Source: Planctomycetota bacterium
GTDB lineage: Bacteria > Planctomycetota > UBA11346
Length of the DNA: 64,000 nt
Direction: 5' to 3'
Assembly (NCBI GenBank): GCA_022841245.1
Contig: JALHRW010000006.1
Span: 823 to 64,822, forward strand
The notes below the pieces were generated by a model. It saw only the letters and a program-made list of their open reading frames with translations. It did no database searches and was not told the DNA's origin. Of the stretch, positions 8,550 to 18,548 are shown in pieces. Each line of letters starts with the position of its first letter. Positions within the stretch are counted from its first letter, which is position 1. A program made the translations under genes and the position numbers.

Positions 8550-10421
8550 ATGCCGGCCCTTACCAACTCATCCAACATCGTGATTCCTGATGATCTGGCC
8601 AAGATCCTGGACGAGGCACCGTCCTGGTCCTTGCCGTTGACGCGCGAGGACCTCGTAGATCGAGCGGTTGGTGGGGTTGATTCCGACTCCTACCGCGTCG
8701 CCTACGATGTTCCTGGGGTCGGGCAGATCATCGAGGCCGAGGTGGTGCGCAGTCGCAACGGTGTCGTGGTCAACTACGCCGAGGCCTACATGCGTCGCCG
8801 CGACCCCGATTGCATGGTGGTGGCGGATGGGTTGCCCACTGACCAGACCACCTTCACTCAACGCTTCGGCAAACCATTCGACACCGTCCGCCACCAGATC
8901 CATCAGTGGTTGTCGACGCAGCACCTGCTGGTGCTGCCGTTCTGGGCCGGCGACCCAGCCCTCGGCCATGGTGCATTGCTCATTGCCCCAGCCAACGCCG
9001 GCTTCTTCGCCGCAGGATTGGCCGACCTCCAGGGCTTCATCCCGGCAGCCGAGTTGCCCGCTTCGTTCAAGCCCAAGGCGGTCATCCTGCTTGCTCCGAC
9101 CTTCCGTCACACCCTGTGCAAGGGGCGGCAAGTGGTGGTGCACAACCGTACCGAGGAGATGCACGAGTTGTACTCGCTGAACCTGTATCCCGGCCCCAGC
9201 GCCAAGAAGGGCATCTACGGCGTCCTGCTGCATATTGGCGAGCGGGAGGGTTGGCTGACCGCGCATGGCGCGACCGTGCAGGTGGTCACGCCGTACGACA
9301 ATGTCGTCACCATCCTCCACGAAGGGGCCAGCGGCGGTGGCAAGAGCGAGATGCTCGAATACGCCCATCGCGAGCAGGACGGCCAACTCCTGCTGGGCGC
9401 CAATGTGCAGACCGGCGAGACGCGGCACATCCGCATGCCGCAGGGCTGCCGCCTGCGACCGGTCACCGATGACATGGCCCTGTGCCATCCGCTCGACCAG
9501 GGACAGAAGCGGAAACTGGTGGTGCAGGATGCGGAGGATGCGTGGTTCGTCCGCGTCAACCACATCGAGAACTATGGCACCGATCATCAACTGGAACAGT
9601 TGACCATCCATCCGCCGCTGCCGTTGGTGTTCATCAACATCCATGGTGTACCCGGGGCGACGACCCTGATCTGGGAGCACCGCGAGGACAAGCCAGGCGT
9701 GCGCTGCCCCAATCCGCGCGTCATCCTGCCCCGGCGCATTGTCCCGGACATCGTCGACGGACCGGTCGAGGTGGATGTGCGCAGCTTCGGCGTGCGCTGC
9801 CCGCCATGCACCGCCAAGGTGCCGACCTACGGCATCCTCGGCATGCTGCATGTGCTGCCGCCAGCCCTGGCCTGGCTCTGGCGCCTGGTCGCCCCGCGCG
9901 GGCACGCCAACCCCAGCATCGTTGGCGCTGACGGCCTGCAGAGCGAGGGCGTCGGCTCGTATTGGCCCTTCGCCACCGGTCGGCGCATTGATCAGGCCAA
10001 CCTCCTGCTGCGCCAGATCCGCTCGACCCCCGACACGCGCTACATCCTGGTTCCCAACCAGCACGTTGGCGCCTGGAAGATGGGCTTCATGCCGCAGTGG
10101 TTGACCCGCGAATACCTCGCCCGGCGGGGTGGAGTCCGCTTCGATAAGGCGCAACTCGTGGCCAGCCGCTGCCCGCTTCTGGGTTGGACGCCGACCCATC
10201 TCCAGGTCGAGGGGGTGCCGCTCCCTGACTGGCTGCTGCGCACCAACGAGCAACCCGAGGTGGGCGCGGACGCCTACGATGCCGGGGCGCGCATCCTCCA
10301 GGACTTCTTCGCTGGGGTCCTCACGGCCTATGACCAGCCCGATCTCGATCCCGCTGGCCGCCGCATCCTGGCCTGCTTCCAGAGTGGCGGCGGCATCCGC
10401 GATTTCGAGGAACTGGCGTGA
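8550..10421 (+). CDS. Large P-loop protein of unknown function (DUF4914-like by my recollection)
   Basis: 623 aa. A good SD (CAGGAGG) lies 6 nt upstream. A Walker-A-like motif, HEGASGGGKSEMLEY, sits mid-protein and resembles PEPCK/HPr-kinase-type P-loops. No TM segments. The family assignment is from memory only. Confidence 0.8.
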   Translation: MPALTNSSNIVIPDDLAKILDEAPSWSLPLTREDLVDRAVGGVDSDSYRVAYDVPGVGQIIEAEVVRSRNGVVVNYAEAYMRRRDPDCMVVADGLPTDQTTFTQRFGKPFDTVRHQIHQWLSTQHLLVLPFWAGDPALGHGALLIAPANAGFFAAGLADLQGFIPAAELPASFKPKAVILLAPTFRHTLCKGRQVVVHNRTEEMHELYSLNLYPGPSAKKGIYGVLLHIGEREGWLTAHGATVQVVTPYDNVVTILHEGASGGGKSEMLEYAHREQDGQLLLGANVQTGETRHIRMPQGCRLRPVTDDMALCHPLDQGQKRKLVVQDAEDAWFVRVNHIENYGTDHQLEQLTIHPPLPLVFINIHGVPGATTLIWEHREDKPGVRCPNPRVILPRRIVPDIVDGPVEVDVRSFGVRCPPCTAKVPTYGILGMLHVLPPALAWLWRLVAPRGHANPSIVGADGLQSEGVGSYWPFATGRRIDQANLLLRQIRSTPDTRYILVPNQHVGAWKMGFMPQWLTREYLARRGGVRFDKAQLVASRCPLLGWTPTHLQVEGVPLPDWLLRTNEQPEVGADAYDAGARILQDFFAGVLTAYDQPDLDPAGRRILACFQSGGGIRDFEELA

Positions 10422-10448
10422 AGTGCACGCATCCCCACGGAGGCTAGC

Positions 10449-10964
10449 ATGGACACCGTCCCCCTCATTGGCGTGATCATGGGCTCGCGCAGCGACTGGT
10501 CGACGATCAGCCACGCCAGCGACACCCTGGAGAAGCTCGGGGTGGCGCACGAGGTGCGCATCGTATCTGCTCATCGCACCCCCGATCTGCTGATGGAGTA
10601 CGCCGCTCAGGCGGAGGGCCGCGGCCTGCGCGCGATCATCGCCGGGGCCGGCGGGGCGGCGCATCTGCCGGGCATGTGCGCCGCCAAGACCCGGCTGCCC
10701 GTGCTCGGCGTGCCGGTGGTATCGGCGGCACTCAACGGTCTTGATAGCCTCCTGTCCATCGTGCAGATGCCCGGCGGGATCCCGGTGGCGACCTTCGCCA
10801 TCGGCACGCCCGGGGCGATCAATGCTGCCCTCTTCGCCGCCGCCCTGCTGGCACCAGATCATCCGGACATCGCCCAGCGATTGGCCGCATGGCGGGCCGA
10901 GCAGACCCGGCAGGTGCTGGCCGTCCCGGATCCGCGCATGGTTCCGGGCGGGCATCCGCCATGA
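10449..10964 (+). CDS. purE: 5-(carboxyamino)imidazole ribonucleotide mutase
   Basis: [17 protein letters not shown]...[13 protein letters not shown]...[14 protein letters not shown]...PVLGVPV are textbook PurE motifs. Confidence 0.95.
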   Translation: MDTVPLIGVIMGSRSDWSTISHASDTLEKLGVAHEVRIVSAHRTPDLLMEYAAQAEGRGLRAIIAGAGGAAHLPGMCAAKTRLPVLGVPVVSAALNGLDSLLSIVQMPGGIPVATFAIGTPGAINAALFAAALLAPDHPDIAQRLAAWRAEQTRQVLAVPDPRMVPGGHPP

Positions 10965-12091
10965 GCCAGGACTCCCGGGCGCTGGTCGCCGTGCTGGGGG
11001 GAGGCCAACTCGGCCGGATGCTGGCCGAGGCGGGCAGGCATCTCGGCGTCGACTGCCGCGTGCTCGTCCCCGACTCCGATGTGCCAGCCCAGGCGGTGGC
11101 GCCGGTGATCACCGCGTCGTGGCATGACGACGAGGCGTTGCGCTCCCTCGCCGCCGGTGCCGCCGTGGCGACCTGGGAGGTCGAACACGTGCCCGTGCAG
11201 ACCGTGGAGCGCTTGGCGCGCCTGGTGCCGGTACGACCGGCGCCTTCGGTACTGGCGGCCGTCCAGGATCGGATGCAGCAGAAGCGGCTGCTGGATAGCC
11301 TGAGCATCGCCACCGCGCCGTGGGCGGCCCCCGCCGATCTCGACGCCTGCCGCGAGGTGCTCGCCAGACTCGGCCTGCCCCTGGTCGCCAAATCGCGTCG
11401 CGGCGGCTACGATGGCCGCGGCCAGCGCATCCTGCGCCGGGAAGGCGACCTCGCGGCGGTCTGGCAGGAGTTCGGCCCGGACGGCCTGATCTTTGAACGC
11501 TTCGTCTCCTTCACCGACGAATGTTCGATCCTGTCGGTGCGTGGCCAGGACGGTGAGATCCGCCATTGGCCGGTGGTCGAGAACCGCCACCGCGACGGCA
11601 TCCTGATCACCACCCTGGCTCCGCATCCGGCCTGGTCGCCCGTGCTGCAGGCGCGGGCCGAGGCCATCGCCACCGCGCTCCTGCGACGGCTCGGATATAT
11701 TGGCGTCCTCGCGGTCGAACTGTTCCGCTGCAACGATCTGCTGTTGGTCAATGAGATCGCGCCCCGCGTCCACAATTCCGGTCATTGGACCATCGAGGGC
11801 TCGGATTGCAGCCAGTTCGAGAACCACCTGCGCGCCGTGCTCGGCTGGCCGCTGGGCGACACCACCGCCCGCGGCTTCTCCGCCATGGTCAATTGCCTGG
11901 GGACCATGCCGGACCCGCTGGTGGGCGATGCTCCTGGAACGCATCGCCATGACTATGGCAAGCGTCCCCGACCAGGGCGCAAAGTCGGGCACCTGACCGT
12001 CGTCAGTTCCACGGCGATTGAACGCGATGCCCGCCTGACGGCTCTGCTGAAGCGGTTGTCCGACCACGCCATCCCTGCAACCACGACCTGA
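10961..12091 (+). CDS. purK: N5-carboxyaminoimidazole ribonucleotide synthase (ATP-grasp, bicarbonate-dependent)
   Basis: This is ORF 10889..12091 trimmed to the ATG at 10961, which overlaps the purE stop (ATGA). The sequence [13 protein letters not shown]...[18 protein letters not shown]...[18 protein letters not shown] is PurK-like. Confidence 0.93.
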   Translation: MSQDSRALVAVLGGGQLGRMLAEAGRHLGVDCRVLVPDSDVPAQAVAPVITASWHDDEALRSLAAGAAVATWEVEHVPVQTVERLARLVPVRPAPSVLAAVQDRMQQKRLLDSLSIATAPWAAPADLDACREVLARLGLPLVAKSRRGGYDGRGQRILRREGDLAAVWQEFGPDGLIFERFVSFTDECSILSVRGQDGEIRHWPVVENRHRDGILITTLAPHPAWSPVLQARAEAIATALLRRLGYIGVLAVELFRCNDLLLVNEIAPRVHNSGHWTIEGSDCSQFENHLRAVLGWPLGDTTARGFSAMVNCLGTMPDPLVGDAPGTHRHDYGKRPRPGRKVGHLTVVSSTAIERDARLTALLKRLSDHAIPATTT

Positions 12092-12096
12092 GGCAC

Positions 12097-13089
12097 ATGG
12101 ATCTCGGCCTCCTCGGCAACAACCTGCTCGCACCGGCCTTCCTCGCCTTCGCGGTCGGGATGCTTGCCCGCTTCGCCCGCAGCGATCTCGTATTCCCCGA
12201 GCCGCTGACCCAGGCCCTGGGCATCTACCTGCTATTCGCCATCGGGCTCAAGGGCGGAGCCGCGCTGGGATCGGTCGCCATCGGTGAGGTGGTGACCCCG
12301 GCCCTGGCGACGCTGGCGCTGGGCTGCGCCATCCCCCTGATCACCTACCCGTTGGCACGTCGGCTGATCGGCCTGGGCCGGATCGATGCCGCCGCGCTGG
12401 CGGCGCACTACGGTTCCACCTCGGCCGTCACCTTCCTCGCTGCCGCCGCCTACCTCACCCACCTGGGGGAGGCCTACGAGGGTTTCCTGCCCGGCCTGCT
12501 CGCCCTGATGGAGGTGCCGGGCATCGCGGTCGCCCTGTGGCTGGCGAACCGCGCCGCCGGTGATGGCGGCCAGGACCGTCCGGCGCTGCTGCCAGCCCTC
12601 GGTCGCGTGTTGGCGGGAAAGTCGATCATCCTGCTGCTCGGTGGCATGGCCGTGGGCTGGGTGGCGGATCGCGAGGCGCTGGGCAAGATCGACGCCTTCT
12701 TCGTCGACCCGTTTGTCGGCGTGCTGTGCCTCTTCCTCCTCGATCTCGGTACCGTCGCTGCCGAGCGGCTGAAGATGCTCGACCGCCGCTGGTGGCGCTT
12801 GGTGCTGCTCGCCCTGGTCATGCCGCTGCTGGGCGGCGGCCTTGGCGTGACGGTCGGCACCGTGTCCGGGCTCAGTAGCGGAGGCGCCACCCTGCTGGGC
12901 GTGCTGTGCGCCAGCGCCAGCTACATTGCCGCCCCGGCGGCCGTGCGCGTGGCATTGCCCAGCGCCGACCTCGGGCTGTGCCTGGCCTGCGCCCTGGGCG
13001 TGACCTTCCCCTTCAACCTCGCCGTGGGCATCCCGCTCTACCATGCCTTGGCCGCGTTTCTGGCGCAGGCGCGCCTGATGGGGCCGTAG
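12097..13089 (+). CDS. SbtA-like (DUF897) sodium-dependent bicarbonate transport family permease
   Basis: 330 aa polytopic membrane protein. The N-terminus LLAPAFLAFAVGMLARFARSDLVFPEPLTQALGIYLLFAIGLKGG and an internal duplication are typical of the SbtA/DUF897 family. It starts 5 nt after purK. Confidence 0.75.
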   Translation: MDLGLLGNNLLAPAFLAFAVGMLARFARSDLVFPEPLTQALGIYLLFAIGLKGGAALGSVAIGEVVTPALATLALGCAIPLITYPLARRLIGLGRIDAAALAAHYGSTSAVTFLAAAAYLTHLGEAYEGFLPGLLALMEVPGIAVALWLANRAAGDGGQDRPALLPALGRVLAGKSIILLLGGMAVGWVADREALGKIDAFFVDPFVGVLCLFLLDLGTVAAERLKMLDRRWWRLVLLALVMPLLGGGLGVTVGTVSGLSSGGATLLGVLCASASYIAAPAAVRVALPSADLGLCLACALGVTFPFNLAVGIPLYHALAAFLAQARLMGP

Positions 13090-13092
13090 TCC

Positions 13093-14295
13093 GTGGCCCC
13101 GCTCGCCGCATCCGGCCTCTACCGCGTGGCCGCCGCCATCGTCCTCGCCCAGTTCTCCCTCGGCGGTGTCTACGCTTGGTCCACCTATGTGCCGGGCCTC
13201 ACCGCCCAGCATGGCCTGGACATCTTCCAGACCCAGGCCGTGTTCGGCACCGTCTTTGCCGTGTTCGTCGGCACCATGCTGGCGGTGCGTTGGATCCTGG
13301 CCCGGACGGGCCCGCGTTCGCTCCTGCTGCTGGCTGGTCTGCTCTATGGCATCGGCCACGCCATCGCCTGGGCCGGTGCGGGCGGGTTCGCGCTGCTCTT
13401 CTTCGGCGTCGCTGTCGTCTCCGCCATCGGCACCGGCTTGGGATACGGCACGGCCCTGGCGGTGATGACGGCCTGGCTGCCGCAGCGCCCGGGCCTGGCC
13501 ACGGCCATCGCCGTCACCGGATTCGGCGGCGGATCGCTGGTGCAGGCGATCCTGGCGGAGGTGGCGTTGGAGGCCGGCTGGACAGCGCTGGCGGCGCTGG
13601 GCGGCATCGGCGTTGGAGCGGCGGTGGTGGTCGCTTCTGCCGCACTCCTGGTGCGCCTGCCGCCGGCCGAGTCGCCTGAGCCGGTCATGGCTGGGCGCAA
13701 GGGCGACGCGGTGGCCGGTGCCACGGCCGCCCACGTGCTGCCACTGTGGCTGGCGATCTTCTGCGCCACCGGTAGCGGTCTGCTGATTATCGGCATGCTC
13801 AAGCCGCTGCTGCTGATGTGCGATGCCGCCCCCTGGGTGGTCGCTGGCGGGGTCTCCGCCCTGGCCATCGGCAACCTCGTCGGACGCATCGCCTGGGGCG
13901 CTGCCTTTGACGCCTGGCGGCGGACTGTCCCGGTGATGGCGCTCGGCGGACTCGCCACCGTCCTGTTCGTGCTCCCCCTGGCCGTGGGCGGCAACGGCCT
14001 GGTGGCAGCCGGTCTCGTCCTACTGCTAGGGGCCTGCTTCGGCGCCTGCTTCGTGGTTTTCGCCGGCCTGGTGTCCCTGCGCTGGGGAACCGCCGGCATC
14101 ACCCGCGTCTACCCCTGGGTGTTCACCGGCTACGGCCTCGCCGGCCTCATCGTTCCCGCCAGTGCCGGCCTGCTGATGCGCCAGATCGCCAACCCGACGG
14201 CGATCTGCTGGTACGCCTCGGCCCTGGCCGCGACCGCTGCCGTGCTGGTCCACCTCTGGACTGGCGCATGGAAACCGTCGACCACGAGCGCGTGA
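13093..14295 (+). CDS. MFS transporter
   Basis: 400 aa with about 12 hydrophobic helices. GTG start 3 nt after the SbtA-like stop. Confidence 0.8.
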   Translation: MAPLAASGLYRVAAAIVLAQFSLGGVYAWSTYVPGLTAQHGLDIFQTQAVFGTVFAVFVGTMLAVRWILARTGPRSLLLLAGLLYGIGHAIAWAGAGGFALLFFGVAVVSAIGTGLGYGTALAVMTAWLPQRPGLATAIAVTGFGGGSLVQAILAEVALEAGWTALAALGGIGVGAAVVVASAALLVRLPPAESPEPVMAGRKGDAVAGATAAHVLPLWLAIFCATGSGLLIIGMLKPLLLMCDAAPWVVAGGVSALAIGNLVGRIAWGAAFDAWRRTVPVMALGGLATVLFVLPLAVGGNGLVAAGLVLLLGACFGACFVVFAGLVSLRWGTAGITRVYPWVFTGYGLAGLIVPASAGLLMRQIANPTAICWYASALAATAAVLVHLWTGAWKPSTTSA

Positions 14296-14310
14296 ACAGG
14301 AGGGTTCCAT

Positions 14311-15179
14311 ATGCCATCCCCCACAGCGGACCTCCACCACCCGACCTACGCCGGCCAGCGCATCGCGCTGCTGACCCAGCACGGCAAGGAGCGTGTCATC
14401 GCCCCGGTCCTCGACGCCGCGCTGGGCTGCCGGGTCGAACGCATCGGCTGCTACGATACCGACCAACTCGGCACCTTCACCCGGGATATCCCACGCCCGG
14501 GCAGCCAGGTGGACGCCGCCCGAACCAAGGCGCGCATCGGCATGGCCCTGTCCGGCCTGACCGTCGGCATCGCCAGTGAGGGCTCGTTTGGTCCGGATCC
14601 CATGCCGGCATGTTGGCCTGGAATACCGAGATCGTGATCCTGATCGATGACCGCTGCGCCCTGGAGCTCATCGGCAGCGCCGCAGGACCAGGCATGCACC
14701 GGATCCTCACCACGGCCAACTGGGACGAGCTTGAGCATACCGTCGCCATGGCTGGATTCCCGGAGCACCACCTCGTGCTGCGGCCGGACGGCGAGGACGA
14801 TCGGCGCATCCGCAAGGGCATCAATAGCCTGTCCGCTCTCAGGGAAGCCTTCGCCTGGGGGCGCACGCTGTCGACGAACGGCAGCGTCTGCGTCGAGAAC
14901 GACGTCCGAGCGCACGCCAACCCGACGCGCATGGCGATGATCGGCCTGGCAGCCGAGGATCTCGTTCAGCGGCTCGTCTCGTGCTGTCCCGCCTGCGGCG
15001 CGCCGGGATTCGCTGCCGTCGAGCGCGTCCGCGGTCTGCGCTGCGCCGCATGCGGAGAACCGACCGACCAACCGGTGGCGACGGTGTTCGGCTGCCTGCG
15101 CTGCGCCCATCGCGACATCCGGCCGATCTGCAGCGCGGAACCGGCAAGCCCGGAGCACTGCCCGGTGTGCAACCCATGA
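14311..15179 (+). pseudogene. Frameshifted gene for a conserved hypothetical protein with a C-terminal double CxxC zinc ribbon (DUF6671-like by recollection)
   Basis: Two same-strand overlapping ORFs, 14311..14637 and 14610..15179, read as one protein if one base is added in the run ccgg at about 14604-14610 (...EGSFGPDPMPG/MLAWNTEIVILID...). The C-terminus has CCPACG...CAACG and CLRC...CPVC. The ATGA overlap with pyrC at 15176-15179 argues that the downstream frame is the translated one. Confidence 0.6.
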
Positions 15180-16219
15180 GCGCAACCACCCTGACCATCA
15201 CCCGCCCGGACGACTGGCACCTGCACCTGCGCGACGGGGCGCTGCTGCGGGCCGTGCTGCCCGACAGCGCTCGCCGCTTCGGCCGGGCCATGGTCATGCC
15301 CAATCTCGACCCGCCGGTGCGCACCACGGCCGAGGCCATCGCCTACCGCGAGCGCATCCTCGCCACCAGCGGGGCGGCGGGATTCACGCCGCTGATGACC
15401 CTCTACCTCACCGAGCAGACGACTCCCGAAGAGCTGGCACGGGCACGTGCCAGCGGCGTGGTGTTCGCGGTCGGCGAGGCTTTCCTCGCCGGCGCGACCA
15501 CCCACTCCGCCTACGGCGTCCGCGATTTCCTGAACTGCACGCCGGCGCTGGCGACGATGGAGGAACTCGGCCTGCCGCTGCTGCTGCATGCCGAGGTGAC
15601 CGATCCCGCGGTCGACATCTTCGACCGCGAAGCCGTGTTCATCGAACGCCAGGCACGGCCGATCGTCGAGCGGTTCCCGCGGCTCAAGGTGGTGATCGAG
15701 CACATCACCACCCGCGAGGCGGTCGCGTTCGTCGCCGGCTGCGGACCGGCTGTCGCCGCCACCATCACTGCCCACCACCTGTTGCTCAACCGCAACGCCA
15801 TGTTCGCCGGCGGCCTGCGCCCGCATGCCTACTGCCTGCCGGTGCTCAAGGGCGAGGGCCATCGCCAGGTGCTGCTGGCGGCGGCGACCTGCGGCGATCC
15901 CAAGTTCTTCCTCGGCACCGACAGCGCGCCACATCCGCGTCGGGCCAAGGAGTCCGCCTGCGGCTGCGCTGGTATCTACACCGCGCACGCCGCGATCGAA
16001 CTCTACGCCGAGGTCTTCGACGCGGCCGGCGCCCTCGACCGGTTGGAGGCCTTCGCCAGCTTCCATGGCGCCGACTTCTACGGCCTGCCGCGCAATGCTG
16101 GCACCATCACACTGGTCCGCGACGCTTGGCGCGTGCCGGCGTCGCTGCCGGTGGGCGACGACGCGGTCGTGCCCTTGCGCGCCGGCGGCATGGTCGGCTG
16201 GCGGCTTGCCGATGGCTGA
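15176..16219 (+). CDS. pyrC: Dihydroorotase, class II (E. coli PyrC type), lacking the lysine at the carboxylated-Lys position
   Basis: This is ORF 14981..16219 trimmed to the ATG at 15176. [33 protein letters not shown] and LGTDSAPH all match class II DHOase. The segment aligned to AAKLYPA reads AVGEAFLA (see findings). Confidence 0.85.
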   Translation: MSATTLTITRPDDWHLHLRDGALLRAVLPDSARRFGRAMVMPNLDPPVRTTAEAIAYRERILATSGAAGFTPLMTLYLTEQTTPEELARARASGVVFAVGEAFLAGATTHSAYGVRDFLNCTPALATMEELGLPLLLHAEVTDPAVDIFDREAVFIERQARPIVERFPRLKVVIEHITTREAVAFVAGCGPAVAATITAHHLLLNRNAMFAGGLRPHAYCLPVLKGEGHRQVLLAAATCGDPKFFLGTDSAPHPRRAKESACGCAGIYTAHAAIELYAEVFDAAGALDRLEAFASFHGADFYGLPRNAGTITLVRDAWRVPASLPVGDDAVVPLRAGGMVGWRLADG

Positions 16220-17585
16220 TGATGCGACGGATGGCCCGTGGCCGGATGGATGGAGCGCAGATCTCGCCTTCGACCGCGAGCACCTGTGGCATCCCTATGC
16301 CTCCACGACGGCACCGCCACCGGTGCTGCCGGTGGTGCGGGCTGCAGGCGTGCGCCTGACCCTGGCCGACGGACGCGAATTGATCGACGGCATGGCCTCG
16401 TGGTGGGCGGTGATCCATGGCTACCAGCATCCGGCTCTCCTCCAAGCGCTCGCCGACCAGGCCTCCCGGCTGACCCATGTCATGTTCGGCGGCCTGACGC
16501 ATGCGCCGGCCATCGCCCTCGCCAAACGGCTGGTGGCGCTCGCCCCGGCCGGACTGAACAAGGTCTTCCTCTGCGACTCGGGTTCGGTGGCGGTCGAGGT
16601 GGCGATCAAGATGGCCCTCCAGTACTGGCAGGCGGCGGGCCGTCCGGCGAAGCGGCGGCTGCTCGCTCTCGCTGGCGGTTACCACGGCGACACCCTCGGC
16701 GCCATGTCGGTCTGTGATCCGGTCACCGGCATGCACCGCCTCTTCAACGGCGTCCTGCCGCAGCAACTCATCGCGCCGCGCCCGGCCTGCCGCTTCGGCG
16801 AGCCGTGGGATCCGGACGATGCCACGGCCATCGCCCGCCTCATCGAGGAGCACCATAGCGAACTGGCCGCCGTCATCCTCGAACCCGTCGTCCAGGGTGC
16901 CGGAGGCATGTGGTTCTATCATCCCGAGTATCTGCGCACGGTGCGCGGGCTGTGCGACGAGCACCGCGTGCTCCTCATCGCCGACGAGATCGCCACCGGC
17001 TTCGGCCGTACCGGGCGCATGTTCGCGGGCGATCATGCCGGCATCGCCCCCGACATCCTCTGCTTGGGCAAGGCGCTCACCGGCGGCTGCCTGCCGCTCG
17101 CCGCGACCATCGCCAGCGAACGGGTCGCCACGACCATCTCCCGTGGCGCGGCCGGCTGCCTCATGCACGGCCCGACCTTCATGGCCAACCCGCTCGCCTG
17201 CGCTGTCGCTTGCGCCAGCATTGATCTGCTACTCGCCAGCGATTGGCAAGGACGGGTAGAGGCCATCGCTGACCGGCTACGGGACGGGCTGGTCGACTGC
17301 GCCGGCCTGGATGGCATCCGCAGCGTGCGCGTGCTCGGAGCGATCGGCGTCATCGAGTTGGAAGCCCCAGTCGACCTCCAGGCTTGCACCGGTGACGCCG
17401 TCGGCATCGGGGTGTGGTTGCGGCCGTTTGGCAGGCTCATCTATGCGATGCCGTCGTACACCATGGGGCCGGCGGATCTCCGCCGGCTGACTTGGGCGAT
17501 GCGGATCACCGCGCAACGGCAGGTGGCCCGTTCGCGCGCACGCGCTGCCACTGGCGCCCTCGTACCCGAAGGCGGCGAATCATGA
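16212..17585 (+). CDS. bioA: Adenosylmethionine-8-amino-7-oxononanoate aminotransferase
   Basis: This is ORF 15825..17585 trimmed to the ATG at 16212 (8-nt overlap with pyrC). It is near-colinear with E. coli BioA as I recall it: [66 protein letters not shown] (PLP Lys). Confidence 0.93.
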   Translation: MADDATDGPWPDGWSADLAFDREHLWHPYASTTAPPPVLPVVRAAGVRLTLADGRELIDGMASWWAVIHGYQHPALLQALADQASRLTHVMFGGLTHAPAIALAKRLVALAPAGLNKVFLCDSGSVAVEVAIKMALQYWQAAGRPAKRRLLALAGGYHGDTLGAMSVCDPVTGMHRLFNGVLPQQLIAPRPACRFGEPWDPDDATAIARLIEEHHSELAAVILEPVVQGAGGMWFYHPEYLRTVRGLCDEHRVLLIADEIATGFGRTGRMFAGDHAGIAPDILCLGKALTGGCLPLAATIASERVATTISRGAAGCLMHGPTFMANPLACAVACASIDLLLASDWQGRVEAIADRLRDGLVDCAGLDGIRSVRVLGAIGVIELEAPVDLQACTGDAVGIGVWLRPFGRLIYAMPSYTMGPADLRRLTWAMRITAQRQVARSRARAATGALVPEGGES

Positions 17586-18493
17586 GTCAGGCATTCCTCC
17601 TCAACCACCTGGAGCAGCTCGAAGCCGAGTCGATCCACATCTTCCGCGAGGTCGTCGCCGAGGCCCAGCATCCCGTCATGCTGTTCTCGATCGGCAAGGA
17701 CAGCGACGTGATGCTGGAACTGGCTCGCCGGGCCTTCGCCCCGGCACCACTGCCGTTCCCGCTGCTGCACATCGATTGCCGCTGGGACTTCCAGGCCATG
17801 TACCGGTTGCGCGACGATCTGACGGCGCGGTACGATCTGCGGATGCTCGTCCATGCCCGTGCCGCCGCCGACGATCCTGCGATCAACCCCTTCGATCTGC
17901 CCAGCACCGAGTTCACGCGGCTGACCCTCACCGAATCGCTCAAGGAGGCGCTCAGCCTCCACGGGTTCGACGCCGCCTTCGGTGGCGGCCGGCGCGACGA
18001 GGAGAAGAGTCGGGCCAAGGAGCGCGTGTTCAGCTTCCGCGACCGCTTCCATCAATGGGAGCCGCGCACGCAACGCTCCGAGTTGTGGAACCTCTACAAC
18101 CCCAAGGTCCGTCCGGGCGAAAGCATGCGCGTGTTTCCGCTCTCGAACTGGACGGAACTGGACATCTGGCTGTACAGCGAGTTCCGCAGCATCCCCATGG
18201 TCCCGTTGTATTTCGCTGCACCCCGGCCGGTGGTGGAACGGAACGGGCACTGGATCCTGTGTGACGACCAGCGCATGCGCCTGCGGCCCGGCGAGGTGCC
18301 GGTCGTGCGGCAGGTGCGCTTCCGGACGCTGGGGGCGTATCCGCTGACCTCCGCCAGCGCCTCTACAGCCACCTCGGTACGCGAAGTCATCGCTGAACTC
18401 TTTGAAACCAGGACCTCCGAACGTTCAGGACGGTTGATCGACCGCGACGAGGACGCCTCCATGGAGAAGAAGAAGCGGGACGGGTACTTCTGA
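17582..18493 (+). CDS. cysD: Sulfate adenylyltransferase subunit 2
   Basis: This is ORF 17414..18493 trimmed to the ATG at 17582 (ATGA overlap with bioA). [53 protein letters not shown] and [20 protein letters not shown] follow E. coli CysD closely. Confidence 0.93.
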   Translation: MSQAFLLNHLEQLEAESIHIFREVVAEAQHPVMLFSIGKDSDVMLELARRAFAPAPLPFPLLHIDCRWDFQAMYRLRDDLTARYDLRMLVHARAAADDPAINPFDLPSTEFTRLTLTESLKEALSLHGFDAAFGGGRRDEEKSRAKERVFSFRDRFHQWEPRTQRSELWNLYNPKVRPGESMRVFPLSNWTELDIWLYSEFRSIPMVPLYFAAPRPVVERNGHWILCDDQRMRLRPGEVPVVRQVRFRTLGAYPLTSASASTATSVREVIAELFETRTSERSGRLIDRDEDASMEKKKRDGYF

Positions 18494-18517
18494 TGGTGCC
18501 GGCAATGCGACCGGAGG

Positions 18518-18548
18518 CCCCTGCTGGCCGTTTACAGGTCAGCAGGGG
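18518..18548 (+). terminator. GC-rich hairpin after cysD (candidate intrinsic terminator)
   Basis: CCCCTGCTG (18518-18526), a 13-nt loop, then CAGCAGGGG (18540-18548), 25 nt after the cysD stop. There is no clear U-tract, so the call is moderate at best. Confidence 0.4.

Noticed and set aside
8568-10955. 795-aa minus-strand ORF covering the DUF4914-like and purE genes, and similar long ORFs (4313..6229 plus, 10859..12133 minus, 12232..13734 minus, 32457..34043 minus, 60001..61809 minus)
   Set aside because: The opposite-strand genes have clear family signatures. These ORFs are Arg/Gly/His-rich with no motifs, which is typical of GC-rich antisense open frames.
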